Positions 31,572-41,899 are shown, counted from the stretch's first letter. The stretch: DNA of 64,000 bases from Thermodesulfobacteriota bacterium (GCA_040755455.1 JBFMAY010000017.1:1-64000); one strand, 5' to 3'. A program made the numbers and translations. Notes: generated from the sequence alone by a model not told the origin.

Positions 31572-32795
31572 ATGCCGGTAAGCAGTATAGAAGAGGTTAT
31601 TGAAGACATCAGGGCAGGGAAGATGATTATCCTTGTTGATGATGAGGACAGGGAAAATGAAGGGGATCTGTTCATGGCGGCCCAGATGGCTACCCCGGAA
31701 GCCGTCAACTTCATGGCGACTTATGGCAGGGGCTTGATTTGTTTGACTCTGACCCCGGAGCATCTTGAAAAACTGAAATTGCCCATGATGGTGCAGAATA
31801 ATCAGTCGCCTTATCAAACCGCTTTCACCGTAAGCATTGAGGCCCGTCACGGCGTGACCACCGGCATCTCCGCGGCCGACAGGGCAAGAACCATTCAGGC
31901 GGCGGTCTCTCCTGATGTGAAACCTGAGGACCTGGTCAGCCCTGGCCATGTTTTCCCCTTGCGGGCGCGAAGGGGCGGCGTGCTGGTGCGAACCGGGCAG
32001 ACCGAAGGGTCAGTCGATATTTCCAGGCTCGCCGGGCTCGTGCCGGCCGGGGTTATCTGCGAGATCATGAAGGCCGACGGTAGCATGGCCAGGATGCCTG
32101 ATCTGGAAATTTTCGCCAGGGAACACGATCTGAAAATCGCCACCATTGCCGATCTGGTCGCCTACAGAATTAAAATGGACAAGCTGGTCCACCGGGCGGC
32201 GGAAACAGTGCTGCCCACCCGTTATGGCGGGGAATTCAAGGCCGTGGTGTACACCAACGATGTTGATGACTATGAGCATCTGGCCCTGATCAAGGGTGAT
32301 ATTAACCCTGACAAAGAGGTATTGGTGCGGGTCCATTCCGAATGTCTGACCGGCGATGTTTTCGGCTCCATGCGCTGCGACTGCGGCGGCCAGTTGCAGG
32401 CGGCCATGCGCATGGTGAACCGGGAGGGCTGCGGCGTCATCCTCTATATGCACCAGGAGGGCCGGGGAATCGGCCTGGCCAATAAGATCAAGGCTTACGC
32501 CCTGCAGGATAAGGGGTTTGATACGGTTGAGGCCAATCTCAAACTTGGCTTTAAGGCCGATCTCCGTGATTACGGCATCGGCGCCCAAATTCTGCGTGAT
32601 ATCGGCGTCAGAAAGATGAAACTGATGACCAATAATCCCAAAAAGATCGTCGGACTTGAGGGATACGGGCTGGAGGTGGTGGACAGGGTAAAGATTGAGA
32701 CCAATCCTGTCCCGGAAAATCTGGGTTATCTGCGTTGTAAAAAGGACAAAATGGGCCATCTGCTTGAACTGAACGGTTCTGAAAACGAAGGCTGA
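31572..32795 (+). CDS. ribBA: Bifunctional DHBP synthase / GTP cyclohydrolase II
   Basis: DDEDRENEGD, TTGISA, RVHSECLTGD..GS.RCDC. Confidence 0.97.
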   Translation: MPVSSIEEVIEDIRAGKMIILVDDEDRENEGDLFMAAQMATPEAVNFMATYGRGLICLTLTPEHLEKLKLPMMVQNNQSPYQTAFTVSIEARHGVTTGISAADRARTIQAAVSPDVKPEDLVSPGHVFPLRARRGGVLVRTGQTEGSVDISRLAGLVPAGVICEIMKADGSMARMPDLEIFAREHDLKIATIADLVAYRIKMDKLVHRAAETVLPTRYGGEFKAVVYTNDVDDYEHLALIKGDINPDKEVLVRVHSECLTGDVFGSMRCDCGGQLQAAMRMVNREGCGVILYMHQEGRGIGLANKIKAYALQDKGFDTVEANLKLGFKADLRDYGIGAQILRDIGVRKMKLMTNNPKKIVGLEGYGLEVVDRVKIETNPVPENLGYLRCKKDKMGHLLELNGSENEG

Positions 32796-32816
32796 AAAGA
32801 AATTTGGAGTGGGTCA

Positions 32817-33284
32817 ATGGCAAAATATTTTGAAGGAAATTTCCAGGCTGAAGGGAAAAAAATCGGCATCGTGCTGGCCCGTTTTAACTCATTTATCGCG
32901 GAGCGGCTGCTGGAGGGAGCCCTTGACACCCTGTCGCGTTTTGGTGCCGCAGAGGGTGACATCGAGGTCGCCAGGGTGCCGGGGGCATTTGAAATACCCC
33001 TGGTTGCCCAGAAAATGGCGAAATCAGGACGCTATGATGCGGTGATCTGTCTCGGCGCCGTCATCCGCGGGGCGACGCCGCATTTTGATTTTGTGGCAAA
33101 CGAGGCAGCCAAGGGGATCGCCCAGGCCAGCATGGAGAGCGGGGTGCCCATTATCTTCGGCGTGCTTACCACCGATACCATCGAACAGGCCATTGAGCGG
33201 GCCGGGTCTAAGGCCGGCAATAAAGGTTCCGAATGCGCGGCCGCCGCCATCGAGATGGTGAACCTGCTAAAAAGCCTCTTATGA
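32817..33284 (+). CDS. ribH: 6,7-dimethyl-8-ribityllumazine synthase
   Basis: [19 protein letters not shown]. Confidence 0.97.
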   Translation: MAKYFEGNFQAEGKKIGIVLARFNSFIAERLLEGALDTLSRFGAAEGDIEVARVPGAFEIPLVAQKMAKSGRYDAVICLGAVIRGATPHFDFVANEAAKGIAQASMESGVPIIFGVLTTDTIEQAIERAGSKAGNKGSECAAAAIEMVNLLKSLL

Positions 33285-33688
33285 GTATCCGGCGGAAATC
33301 CAGGGAACTCGCCCTGCAATGTCTCTATCAGATTGATCAGAGCGGCAACAGCCAGGCGGATATTGCCTGCATGAGCGAACATTTTGATGTGAACAGAAAG
33401 GCGGTTCCCTATGCCCAGGAACTGATCAGCGGCATTCAGTTGCAATGGGATGCGTTAAACAGCATGATCGAACTCCATGCCAAAAACTGGCGCTTGAGCC
33501 GCATGGCGGTCATTGACCGCAACATTCTCCGGATCGCAAGCTTCGAACTGGCCCATATGCCTGATGTCCCGTCATCCGTGATTCTCAACGAGGCAATTGA
33601 GATTGCCAAACGTTTCAGCACCGATGATGCCGCCCCCTTCATCAACGGCATTCTCGACTCCATCTGCCGCAGTGTAAGGAAGGAATAA
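33281..33688 (+). CDS. nusB: Transcription antitermination factor NusB
   Basis: [31 protein letters not shown]. Confidence 0.95.
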   Translation: MSIRRKSRELALQCLYQIDQSGNSQADIACMSEHFDVNRKAVPYAQELISGIQLQWDALNSMIELHAKNWRLSRMAVIDRNILRIASFELAHMPDVPSSVILNEAIEIAKRFSTDDAAPFINGILDSICRSVRKE

Positions 33689-33735
33689 GTCAGAAAATTG
33701 CAATCGGCCTCGGTGAACTCTCTTCCGGCTAAGCT

Positions 33736-35880
33736 ATGGTAAAAGCCACAACAAATCAAACTTCCCAGCCCACTCTCGTGCAAGAGGTTGCCGCTGTTCT
33801 AGCCATGGTTACCGGCCTTTTTTTGCTCCTGTCCTTTGTCAGTTTCACCCCGCCGGCCGAGCCGTTTTCTCCTGCCGCAACCTCCAACTGGTGCGGCAGT
33901 GTGGGCAATTTTCTGGCAACGCTGTTCATGAGTTTTCTCGGTCTCAGCTCCTTCTGGTTGCCGGTACTGTTGTTCTTTTTCGGTGTTGCGATTTTTTTCG
34001 GCAGATTCTCCATCCAGCGTTTACCCATAATCTGCGGCGGGTGTACCGGCCTGCTCATGGCCAGCAGCGCCCTTTTCGCCTCTCTTTCCTGGCATACCCT
34101 GACCATGTTCGGGCACAGTTATCCCATTGCCGGCCGGCTGGGGGATATCCTCTTCGGGGTGACCAGCACCTATTTCGGCTGGGTAGGCGCCTTTCTCTTT
34201 TACTGCACCATCATGCTGCTTTCCCTGATGGCTACCGTGCGTTTTTCCCCCTTCTTTGTGGGGAAAAGTGTTGTGCAGACATGCGGTAATCTCAACCAGA
34301 GACTCAAGCAGCGCAAACAGCTGAAGACAATGGAGGAAAAGCCGGCCGCAAACGGCAACTCCCGAGGCCGGAGCGATGAGTCCGCGGAACTGCAGCTTGC
34401 CATTCCGCAACTGCACGAACCGGTGGCCATAAAAAGCGTCACCACCAAGGAAGAATTTCAGCCTCTTCCCGTTCAATCAGGCAACTATCAGCTGCCTAGC
34501 CTCTCGCTGCTCGATAATCCGAAAGAGGATGCGGTGGTCATTGAACGGGAGCATTATCTGGCCGTCAGTCGCACCCTTGAAAGCAAACTGGCCGATTTCG
34601 GCGTCAAGGGCAACGTCACGGGTATTTCTCCAGGTCCGGTGATCACCACCTATGAATTCGCCCCTGCCCCGGGGGTAAAGATCAACCGGATCGTTTCCCT
34701 GGCGGACGACCTCGCCCTGGGCCTTCAGGCGGAAAGCGTGCGCATCATCGGCTCCATTCCCGGCAAGGCGGCAGTGGGCATAGAGATTCCCAATCCCCGC
34801 CGCAAAACGGTTACCATCCGCGAAATTCTGGCCACGGAAAAGTTCCAGAAGGCCGAATCCAAGCTGACCATCGGCCTCGGCATGGATGTGGTCGGGCGGC
34901 CGGTGTGCGCCGATTTGACGAGAATGCCCCATCTGCTCATTGCCGGGGCCACCGGGGCGGGCAAAAGCGTGGCCATCAACGCCATTATCTGCAGTATATT
35001 ATTCAAAGCGACCCCGGATGAGGTGCGCCTGCTCATGGTTGATCCCAAACGCATCGAACTCTCCAGCTATGAGGCGATTCCCCATCTGCTTCATCCGGTG
35101 GTGGTCGATCCGAAGATGGCCAGCCGCGCCCTGCAGTGGGCCGTCAGGGAGATGGAGCGCCGCTACATCCTCATGGAGGCGATGCGGGTCAAGGGCTTTG
35201 CCAGCTATAACGAAATCGCCGAGGAAAAACTCCCATATATCGTCATCATCATCGATGAACTGGCCGACCTGATGATGGTTTCCTCCAATGAGGTGGAAAC
35301 TGCCGTGGCCCGCCTGGCCCAGATGGCCAGGGCGGCCGGCATGCATCTCATCCTGGCCACCCAGCGGCCCTCCGTTGATGTCCTCACCGGGCTGATCAAG
35401 GCAAATTTCCCCACCCGGATGTCTTTCAAGGTCTCTTCCAAGATCGATTCCCGCACCATTCTTGACACCAGCGGCGCGGAACATCTCCTCGGCGCAGGAG
35501 ATATGCTCTTTCTGCCGCCGGGCACGGCCCGGCTCCAGCGTATCCACGGCGCATATATTTCCGAGCATGAATCCGAGCGTATTGTCAATTTTCTCAAACA
35601 GCAGGGCAGCGCCCGTTATGATGAATCCGTCATCCAGAGTGTGGAAAAGGAGGAGGAAGCCCTGGACGGGGAGCTGGACGGAGACCTGGACGAGAAATAT
35701 GATGAGGCGGTGGCCATCGTCTGTGAAACCGGCCAGGCCTCCATTTCCATGATCCAACGCCGCCTGCGGGTGGGCTACAACCGGGCGGCCCGCATGATAG
35801 AAACCATGGAAAGGGAAGGGGTCATCGGCCCGGCGGACGGGGCAAAACCCAGGGAAGTTCTGGCCCGCAAGAATTATTGA
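33736..35880 (+). CDS. ftsK: DNA translocase FtsK
   Basis: N-terminal TM segments; PHLLIAGATGAGKS, DELADLM, ATQRPS, gamma domain QRRLRVGYNRAAR. Confidence 0.96.
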   Translation: MVKATTNQTSQPTLVQEVAAVLAMVTGLFLLLSFVSFTPPAEPFSPAATSNWCGSVGNFLATLFMSFLGLSSFWLPVLLFFFGVAIFFGRFSIQRLPIICGGCTGLLMASSALFASLSWHTLTMFGHSYPIAGRLGDILFGVTSTYFGWVGAFLFYCTIMLLSLMATVRFSPFFVGKSVVQTCGNLNQRLKQRKQLKTMEEKPAANGNSRGRSDESAELQLAIPQLHEPVAIKSVTTKEEFQPLPVQSGNYQLPSLSLLDNPKEDAVVIEREHYLAVSRTLESKLADFGVKGNVTGISPGPVITTYEFAPAPGVKINRIVSLADDLALGLQAESVRIIGSIPGKAAVGIEIPNPRRKTVTIREILATEKFQKAESKLTIGLGMDVVGRPVCADLTRMPHLLIAGATGAGKSVAINAIICSILFKATPDEVRLLMVDPKRIELSSYEAIPHLLHPVVVDPKMASRALQWAVREMERRYILMEAMRVKGFASYNEIAEEKLPYIVIIIDELADLMMVSSNEVETAVARLAQMARAAGMHLILATQRPSVDVLTGLIKANFPTRMSFKVSSKIDSRTILDTSGAEHLLGAGDMLFLPPGTARLQRIHGAYISEHESERIVNFLKQQGSARYDESVIQSVEKEEEALDGELDGDLDEKYDEAVAIVCETGQASISMIQRRLRVGYNRAARMIETMEREGVIGPADGAKPREVLARKNY

Positions 35881-36686
35881 TAGAGCACAATCCTCCGCTG
35901 CCTTTCCCCATGCCGCAAGCATCCATCGATATCACCACTGACGGACACGTGCACAGCCGGCTCTGCCATCATGCCAGGGGCGAGATGGAGGAGTATGTGC
36001 AGGCCGCGGTTGCCGCAGGGCTCAAAAAAATCATCTTTCTGGAGCATTATGAGACAGGCATCGACTACTTTGAGTCAACCTGGCTGACCGAAGCGGATTT
36101 TGTTTATTATCATGGGGAAGGCAGGCGGCTGGCGGACAAGTATCAGGGGGAAATCGCCATAGGCACCGGGGTCGAGGTGGGCGTTAACCCGGACCATCTG
36201 CAGGCAACGGTGGATTTTCTCGGCAAATTCAATTGGGACCGCATCGGCCTCTCCTATCATTACCTGAAAACGGATGAGGGCCATGTCAATATGGTGAGCC
36301 GCAGGCCGGCAAGCATTGCCCTGATGGAAAAAATCGGGGTGGAGAAGGTGGCGGACGCCTATTTTGAGGGGCTCACAAAGGCCCTGGCGGTGATCCCGGC
36401 GGATGTGGTCTGCCATCTTGATGCGGTGATGCGCCATTGCCCCTCATTCACCTTGACTGAAGAGCATTTCGCCAGGATGGGTGAAATGCTGGCCCTGATG
36501 CGGGAGAAAGATATCGCCCTTGAGGTGAACACCTCGGGTTTTGTCCTGCGGGGTGAACCTTTCCCGTCAAGCAGGGTGGTCAAAGAGGCGCAACAGCTGG
36601 GGATCAGACTGGTGGCCGGCTCCGATGCCCACCGTCCCCAAGATGTGGGGCGGTATTTTGATTGGCTGCCGGGGTTGGTTAGATAA
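35877..36686 (+). CDS. PHP-family histidinol-phosphatase (HisJ-like)
   Basis: DGHVHS..C.HA, EH, HLD, LEVNTSG, GSDAH. Confidence 0.85.
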   Translation: MIEHNPPLPFPMPQASIDITTDGHVHSRLCHHARGEMEEYVQAAVAAGLKKIIFLEHYETGIDYFESTWLTEADFVYYHGEGRRLADKYQGEIAIGTGVEVGVNPDHLQATVDFLGKFNWDRIGLSYHYLKTDEGHVNMVSRRPASIALMEKIGVEKVADAYFEGLTKALAVIPADVVCHLDAVMRHCPSFTLTEEHFARMGEMLALMREKDIALEVNTSGFVLRGEPFPSSRVVKEAQQLGIRLVAGSDAHRPQDVGRYFDWLPGLVR

Positions 36687-36706
36687 TAAGGTTGTTAGGT
36701 ATATAA

Positions 36707-37105
36707 ATGACTAAAGAGCAAATTTTGATCACGGTAGTATCTTCTCTATCTTCTGGGCTATTAGGCGTTCTGATTTCGTCATGGTTTTATGCGAGATTTG
36801 AGAAGCGCAAAATGAAAACTGAGACTGCTAGGAAGCTATTTGCTAATCGACACGACATGCATGGTCCGGGATTTCATGAGGCAATGAATGAAATTATGAT
36901 CGTGTTCTCTGGCAATCAGAAAGTCATCAATTTGATTGAAGATCTTTTTAAAACGATAGAGACACCGCGTCAGGCGCGTCCCGATAAAGCAGCTGACGAA
37001 GCCTTAATCAAGCTAATGAAGGCAATTTGCAAAGATATAGGTATTGAGTACAAGACTTTGCCAGATTCCTACTATTTGAATTTTTTTAGCATGCCAAGGC
37101 AATAA
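36707..37105 (+). CDS. Cassette-borne hypothetical protein with N-terminal TM helix (DUF6680-like)
   Basis: 132 aa, more AT-rich than flanks; motif MNEIMIVFS..KV...LIKLMKAIC. Confidence 0.7.
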   Translation: MTKEQILITVVSSLSSGLLGVLISSWFYARFEKRKMKTETARKLFANRHDMHGPGFHEAMNEIMIVFSGNQKVINLIEDLFKTIETPRQARPDKAADEALIKLMKAICKDIGIEYKTLPDSYYLNFFSMPRQ

Positions 37106-37177
37106 TCATAACTAGCATATCGAATTCGCTTCCTACGGTCGTTGGACGCTCGCAAGCTCGCGCTGTTTATGTGTAAG
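37106..37177 (+). repeat. attC site
   Basis: TCATAAC-TAG-CATAT(C)GAA ... TTT-ATGTG-TAA-G: R and L box spacing and the unpaired C match Vibrio VCR-type attC architecture. Confidence 0.75.
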
Positions 37178-37570
37178 TCACTCCACCTGAATAACCAGCG
37201 GAATAATGTGCAGGGCGCTGGAAACGGACTTGGTGCTGGTCAGTGACCACTTTTTGCAGTTCAGCTGCCCTTCAAGAAGTTTGTTGATGTCGGCCACCAG
37301 ACCCTTGATGTTGATCACCGGATGGCGGGAAAAGACCTCCGGCAGGCCATAGGTCAGATTGCAGGCAAGACATTTGCCCGGCCGCTGGATGAGATGAAGG
37401 GCAAAATGGAGTTCCTTGTTCTCGGACCGGTACCCGCTGAATTTCAGAGAGATATCATAGGCGCCTTCCGAGGCGTCACCGAACAGGGCATCAAAAAAAT
37501 CATTGGCCCGCCCGGCAGGGAAGAGTTTCTGGAGCGCATCATCTGTGAAAATATCGTGCAAATCAGCCAT
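37178..37570 (-). CDS. Conserved hypothetical protein with CxxC
   Basis: 130 aa; FFDALFGDASEGAYDI and RPGKCLACNLTYGLP; GAGG RBS. Confidence 0.75.
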   Translation of the reverse strand: MADLHDIFTDDALQKLFPAGRANDFFDALFGDASEGAYDISLKFSGYRSENKELHFALHLIQRPGKCLACNLTYGLPEVFSRHPVINIKGLVADINKLLEGQLNCKKWSLTSTKSVSSALHIIPLVIQVE

Positions 37571-37687
37571 TTTCAGAAAACCTCCTCACTGTATGCATGT
37601 ATCTAGCAATTGAATATCATTTGTGATTTGCTATACTACTTTTTTTAAAAGTTCAGGTCAAAACAAAAAATTATATAGTTCATAACT

Positions 37688-39946
37688 ATGAAACAGACAA
37701 GTCTTTTCCCCCTTAACAAATTTTCCGACGGCAAGCCGCAGTCACGTATCGGGCCAAACGATCTGAATCCCGCCCAGTTTGAGGCAGTGCAAACGATCAA
37801 CGGGCCGGTGCTGGTCATTGCCGGGGCCGGCAGCGGCAAGACCCGCACCCTGGTTTACCGGCTGGTCCATATGGTGGAGCAGGGGATTACCCCGGATAAT
37901 ATTCTGCTGCTCACCTTTACCCGCAAGGCCGCGCAGCAGATGGTGGGCCGGGCGGCAACCCTGCTTGATGACACCTGCCAGCGAGTCATGGGGGGCACCT
38001 TCCATGCCGTGGCCAACCTGCTGCTGCGCCGCTACGGGCACCATGTGGGATATGCGCCAAACTTCACCATTCTCGACAGGGCCGATGCCGAGGGGATTGT
38101 CAATCTTATCAGGTCATCCCTTGATTTAAGCGGAGCCGGCAAACGGTTTCCCTCCAAACGGGTGATCCTGAACATCATCAGCGGCTCAGTCAACAAATCG
38201 CATCCCCTGGAGGAACTTGTCAGCAGCCAGTACTTCCATCTGGCTGAATTCATGGATGACCTGCTCCGTATCCGCAAACATTACCAGCAGTTCAAGCGCG
38301 ATCACGGCCTGATGGATTATGACGATCTGCTGGTCAATTTCCGCGATGTGCTGGCTGAGCAGGAGCAGGTCCGCCGGGAGATCTCCGCCCGTTTCCGGTA
38401 TGTGATGGTGGACGAATATCAGGATACCAACAGGATTCAGGCCCAGATCGTGCGGCTCATCACCTCAAGTCATAACAATGTCATGGTGGTTGGCGATGAC
38501 AGCCAGTCCATTTACAGTTTCCGCGGCGCTGATTTCAGAAACATCATGGATTTCCCGAAAATTTACCCAGGCACCAAGATTATCCGGCTGGAGGAGAATT
38601 ACCGGAGCACCCAGAAAATTCTGGAAACAACCAACGCCATTATCGAACAGGCCCAGGAAAGATACCCCAAAAAGCTGTTCAGCAATATCGCGGAAGGAGA
38701 CAGACCCTCACTCTTTGCCGCCCGGGACGAAGGAGAACAGGCCAGATATGTGGCCAAAAAAATAGATGAACTCCATCGGCAGGGCACTCCCTATCACGAG
38801 ATGGCTGTCCTGTTCCGCGCCGGGTTCCATTCCTTCAAACTGGAGCTTGAGCTGGCCAGCGGCCAGATTGCCTTTGAAAAATGGGGCGGGTTGAAGCTTA
38901 CGGAAACGGCCCATGTCAAGGATGTCATTTCCTATCTGCGGCTGATTGCCAACATGCGGGACAGCCTGTCCTGGCACAGGGTCCTGCTGCATCTGCCCAA
39001 GGTCGGGCCGAAAACCGCCCAGAAGATCGTGACAACGGTGAGCGATGCTGAAGATCCCCTTGCCGCCTTGAGCAGGTATCCCACGGCCCCGGCCTGGAAA
39101 AACGAATTCAGCGAGCTTGTGCGCATGCTCTATGACTTGGGCAACAGGCTGACCCCGCTTGCCCAGTTTGAAAGGATCATGGAGTATTATCAACCGGTTT
39201 TCGAGCGCCTTTACCATGATGATTTTCCCAGCCGCGCACGGGATCTGGAACAGTTCAAAACGATTATTGGTGATTACAAGACGCTGCAGGACTTTCTTGA
39301 CGATGCCTCCCTTGATCCGCCGGAGCTGACGGCGGACCCCTTGGCCGGGTCAGACAGCAAGACCCTTGTTCTTTCCACCATCCACTCGGCAAAAGGGCTG
39401 GAATGGGACACGGTTTTCATCATCGATCTGGCGGACGGCAAATTCCCGTCGGCCCATTCCAGCCCCTTTCCGGATCAGTATGAAGAGGAGAGGCGTCTGC
39501 TTTATGTGGCGGCAACCAGGGCCAAATCACGTCTTTTCCTCTCCTATCCACGGGAAAGCATCTCCCCTGACCGATCACGCCACTATTGCACCATTTCCCC
39601 CTTCCTGGCCAAGCTGCCGGCAGGGCTGATCAATAATGTCAGCCCGGGAAGCGGCGGTTTCAGCGGCTATGGCGCGCCTGCCATGCGGTTTTCCCATCAG
39701 GAAAGGCTTAAAGGGGATAGCTTTTCCTGTGGGAAAACGGCCAAGGTTGAACAGACGGAGACCTCTCCCGGCACGGGTAAAATCACCTCCACCCGGATGC
39801 TCACACCGGGGATGGCCGTAAAACACGGTTTCTTCGGCCACGGCCAGATCAGAAAAATAACAGGAGAAAAGACTGTGGACGTTTTTTTCCCCCGCCACGG
39901 GATGAAAACACTCAGGCTTGACTATGCCAAACTGGAACTTGCCTGA
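37688..39946 (+). CDS. UvrD/PcrA-family SF1 DNA helicase
   Basis: AGAGSGKT, TFTRKAA, VDEYQD, GDDSQSIYSFRGA, TIHSAKGLE, EERRLLYVA.TRA; C-terminal Tudor-like domain. Confidence 0.95.
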   Translation: MKQTSLFPLNKFSDGKPQSRIGPNDLNPAQFEAVQTINGPVLVIAGAGSGKTRTLVYRLVHMVEQGITPDNILLLTFTRKAAQQMVGRAATLLDDTCQRVMGGTFHAVANLLLRRYGHHVGYAPNFTILDRADAEGIVNLIRSSLDLSGAGKRFPSKRVILNIISGSVNKSHPLEELVSSQYFHLAEFMDDLLRIRKHYQQFKRDHGLMDYDDLLVNFRDVLAEQEQVRREISARFRYVMVDEYQDTNRIQAQIVRLITSSHNNVMVVGDDSQSIYSFRGADFRNIMDFPKIYPGTKIIRLEENYRSTQKILETTNAIIEQAQERYPKKLFSNIAEGDRPSLFAARDEGEQARYVAKKIDELHRQGTPYHEMAVLFRAGFHSFKLELELASGQIAFEKWGGLKLTETAHVKDVISYLRLIANMRDSLSWHRVLLHLPKVGPKTAQKIVTTVSDAEDPLAALSRYPTAPAWKNEFSELVRMLYDLGNRLTPLAQFERIMEYYQPVFERLYHDDFPSRARDLEQFKTIIGDYKTLQDFLDDASLDPPELTADPLAGSDSKTLVLSTIHSAKGLEWDTVFIIDLADGKFPSAHSSPFPDQYEEERRLLYVAATRAKSRLFLSYPRESISPDRSRHYCTISPFLAKLPAGLINNVSPGSGGFSGYGAPAMRFSHQERLKGDSFSCGKTAKVEQTETSPGTGKITSTRMLTPGMAVKHGFFGHGQIRKITGEKTVDVFFPRHGMKTLRLDYAKLELA

Positions 39947-39971
39947 ACTATTCATGAAAATTAATCATTAT

Positions 39972-39988
39972 CTAACAGGTTCCTAACA
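39972..39988 (+). promoter_or_regulatory. Tandem CTAACA-N5-CTAACA repeat, possible OmpR/PhoB-family binding site
   Basis: Two CTAACA with an 11-bp period, 40 nt upstream of a small ORF. Confidence 0.3.
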
Positions 39989-40028
39989 AGACCGGGTTAT
40001 CTTCTTTTGAAAAATAAGGAGGATAGCC

Positions 40029-40244
40029 ATGATTTGTCATTATCTGTCGATTTATTCGCGCAATGAGTTCCGTTGGCAGGTTGCCTCATGTTCTGCCAGA
40101 CAGGAAAATTACATCCCGAGCATTGCTGATCTGGAGGATCTCTGCCATCAGGACCATGGCAGATGCCCATTTTTCGTCTCGACCAGCAAACAGGTTGCCG
40201 GCAAAATGGAGAGACTTTCTCCCACTTCCTTTCCCTCCTGCTGA
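40029..40244 (+). CDS. Small Cys-rich hypothetical protein
   Basis: Strong AAGGAGG RBS; C..C-x6-Y-x-P-S..C..H..CP pattern. Confidence 0.6.
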   Translation: MICHYLSIYSRNEFRWQVASCSARQENYIPSIADLEDLCHQDHGRCPFFVSTSKQVAGKMERLSPTSFPSC

Positions 40245-40365
40245 ACGGGAAGGGGAATGGCCTGAATTTCCGCAATAAATGAGCGCGGCCTGTTGCGGCA
40301 GTTGCAGGTTGTCTCGGGTTCTGTTATTTATATGAAATCCTTACCGCTGCAGCATGCCATCCGGC

Positions 40366-40440
40366 GGTAGGAGCGGGCCATGCCCGCGACCTTCGGCGTT
40401 TCGGGAACATTGTTTATCGCGGGCATGGCCCGCTCCTACC
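40366..40440. repeat. GTAG-family REP doublet (REPIN-like)
   Basis: Perfect 24-bp inverted arms GGTAGGAGCGGGCCATGCCCGCGA / TCGCGGGCATGGCCCGCTCCTACC, each with an internal palindrome. Confidence 0.85.
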
Positions 40441-40540
40441 CTGCGAGACATTATTCGGTGTTCCCGCTTGCGGAGATGAGGGTTAGCGGCTTGATAAATC
40501 GGAAATTCTCCTTCCCCCTCTTTTTCGCAGGAAGCAGCGT

Positions 40541-41887
40541 ATGCAATACCAGGAGGCCTGGTCTTATCTGGACCAGTTGCAGTTTTTCAAGATCAAGCTC
40601 GGCCTTGACAGTATGGCCGCCTTTCTTGAAGGTGTGGATCATCCCCAGCGGGATCTGCGATTTATCCATGTGGCCGGCACCAACGGCAAGGGTTCCGTCT
40701 CCGTTACCCTGCTGACCCTTTTGCACGAGGCCGGCTACCAGGTCGGGCTTTACACCTCTCCCCATCTCATGTCGGTACGGGAACGTTTCCGTATCAATGA
40801 CCGCTTTATCTCCGAAGATGAGTTTGCCGAAACAGCAACCATCATCCGTGACAGTCTCGGCGGGCGGCAGATCACCTATTTTGAATTCACCACCGCCCTG
40901 GCCCTGCTCTGGTTTGCCAGCCAAAAGGTGGATATCGTCATCCTTGAGGTGGGGCTTGGCGGCAGGCTTGACGCCACCAATGTCATTACCCCGCTGGTCA
41001 GCATCATTACCAATGTATCAATGGATCATGAGGCCCATCTCGGCACAACCCTTGCCCAGATTGCCGCGGAAAAGGCCGGGATTGTGAAAAAAAATATTCC
41101 CGTGGTCACAGGAGTTGCGGCGGATGAGAGCCTGGCTGTGGTCAGCCGGACCTGTCTGGCGCAAGAGGCCCCATTTTACCTTTTGGGCCGTGACTTCAAA
41201 GTCAACAGGCATGATGACGGCACCTGGGATTATCAGGGGCCCGGCGGCAGAGTGAGAGTCAATCTGCCCCTGCGGATGAAAGGCGGCCATCAGTTTGACA
41301 ATGCGGCCATCGCCCTGGCCGCCCTTGACTTGCTGCCGCACCATGGATTTGTCGTAAGCGAGGACACTATCCGGTCAGCGCTGGCCAAGGTGCGCTGGCC
41401 GGGACGTCTGGAATATTTCTGTCTTGACAGCGCATGCGGCAGGACGGTTGCCTGTCCTGGCGATCCCCTGTCGCCGGGCAATAAGAATCTGCGCCGTTAT
41501 CTGCTTGACGGGGCACATAACCCGGCCGGTATTTTATCACTCACCCGGAGCCTTGAGGCGGATTTCGTCTACAGAAGACTTGTCTGCGTCTGGGCAAGCA
41601 TGGCTGATAAGGACATTGCCACAACCCTGAACGCCATTGCCCCATATTGTCATTGCCTCATATTCACCCGTCCGGAGTCGGAGCGGTCGGCAACCGCTGA
41701 ACAACTGAGGGGTTTTCTCCCTGATGCACTCCAAGAGCGCTCCATTGCCAGCGCCTCTGTTGCCGACGCCCTCTCTTGCGCGGCAAGAGAGGCCGGTCCT
41801 GAGGACCTGATCTGCGTGGCCGGTTCTCTTTATCTGGTCGGGGCGGCGAGGAAGATTCTCCTCGGTGAAATCGTTGATGAGCACTGA
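40541..41887 (+). CDS. folC: Folylpolyglutamate synthase / dihydrofolate synthase
   Basis: HVAGTNGKGS, YTSPHL, EVGLGGRLDATN, WPGRLE, DGAHN, GSLYLVG. Confidence 0.96.
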   Translation: MQYQEAWSYLDQLQFFKIKLGLDSMAAFLEGVDHPQRDLRFIHVAGTNGKGSVSVTLLTLLHEAGYQVGLYTSPHLMSVRERFRINDRFISEDEFAETATIIRDSLGGRQITYFEFTTALALLWFASQKVDIVILEVGLGGRLDATNVITPLVSIITNVSMDHEAHLGTTLAQIAAEKAGIVKKNIPVVTGVAADESLAVVSRTCLAQEAPFYLLGRDFKVNRHDDGTWDYQGPGGRVRVNLPLRMKGGHQFDNAAIALAALDLLPHHGFVVSEDTIRSALAKVRWPGRLEYFCLDSACGRTVACPGDPLSPGNKNLRRYLLDGAHNPAGILSLTRSLEADFVYRRLVCVWASMADKDIATTLNAIAPYCHCLIFTRPESERSATAEQLRGFLPDALQERSIASASVADALSCAAREAGPEDLICVAGSLYLVGAARKILLGEIVDEH

Positions 41888-41899
41888 GCAGGGAACTGA

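Larger units (their letters stand above)
36695..37177 (+). mobile_element. Solitary integron gene cassette
   Basis: Begins G|TTAGGT (36694-36700), contains one ORF starting 6 nt later, and ends in an attC at 37106-37177. Confidence 0.75.

Noticed and set aside
34999..35922. Long antisense ORFs (this 307-aa one; also 32010-32759, 41537-42205, 43947-44639, 45086-45811)
   Set aside because: They are shadows of well-conserved genes on the other strand and carry no protein motifs.
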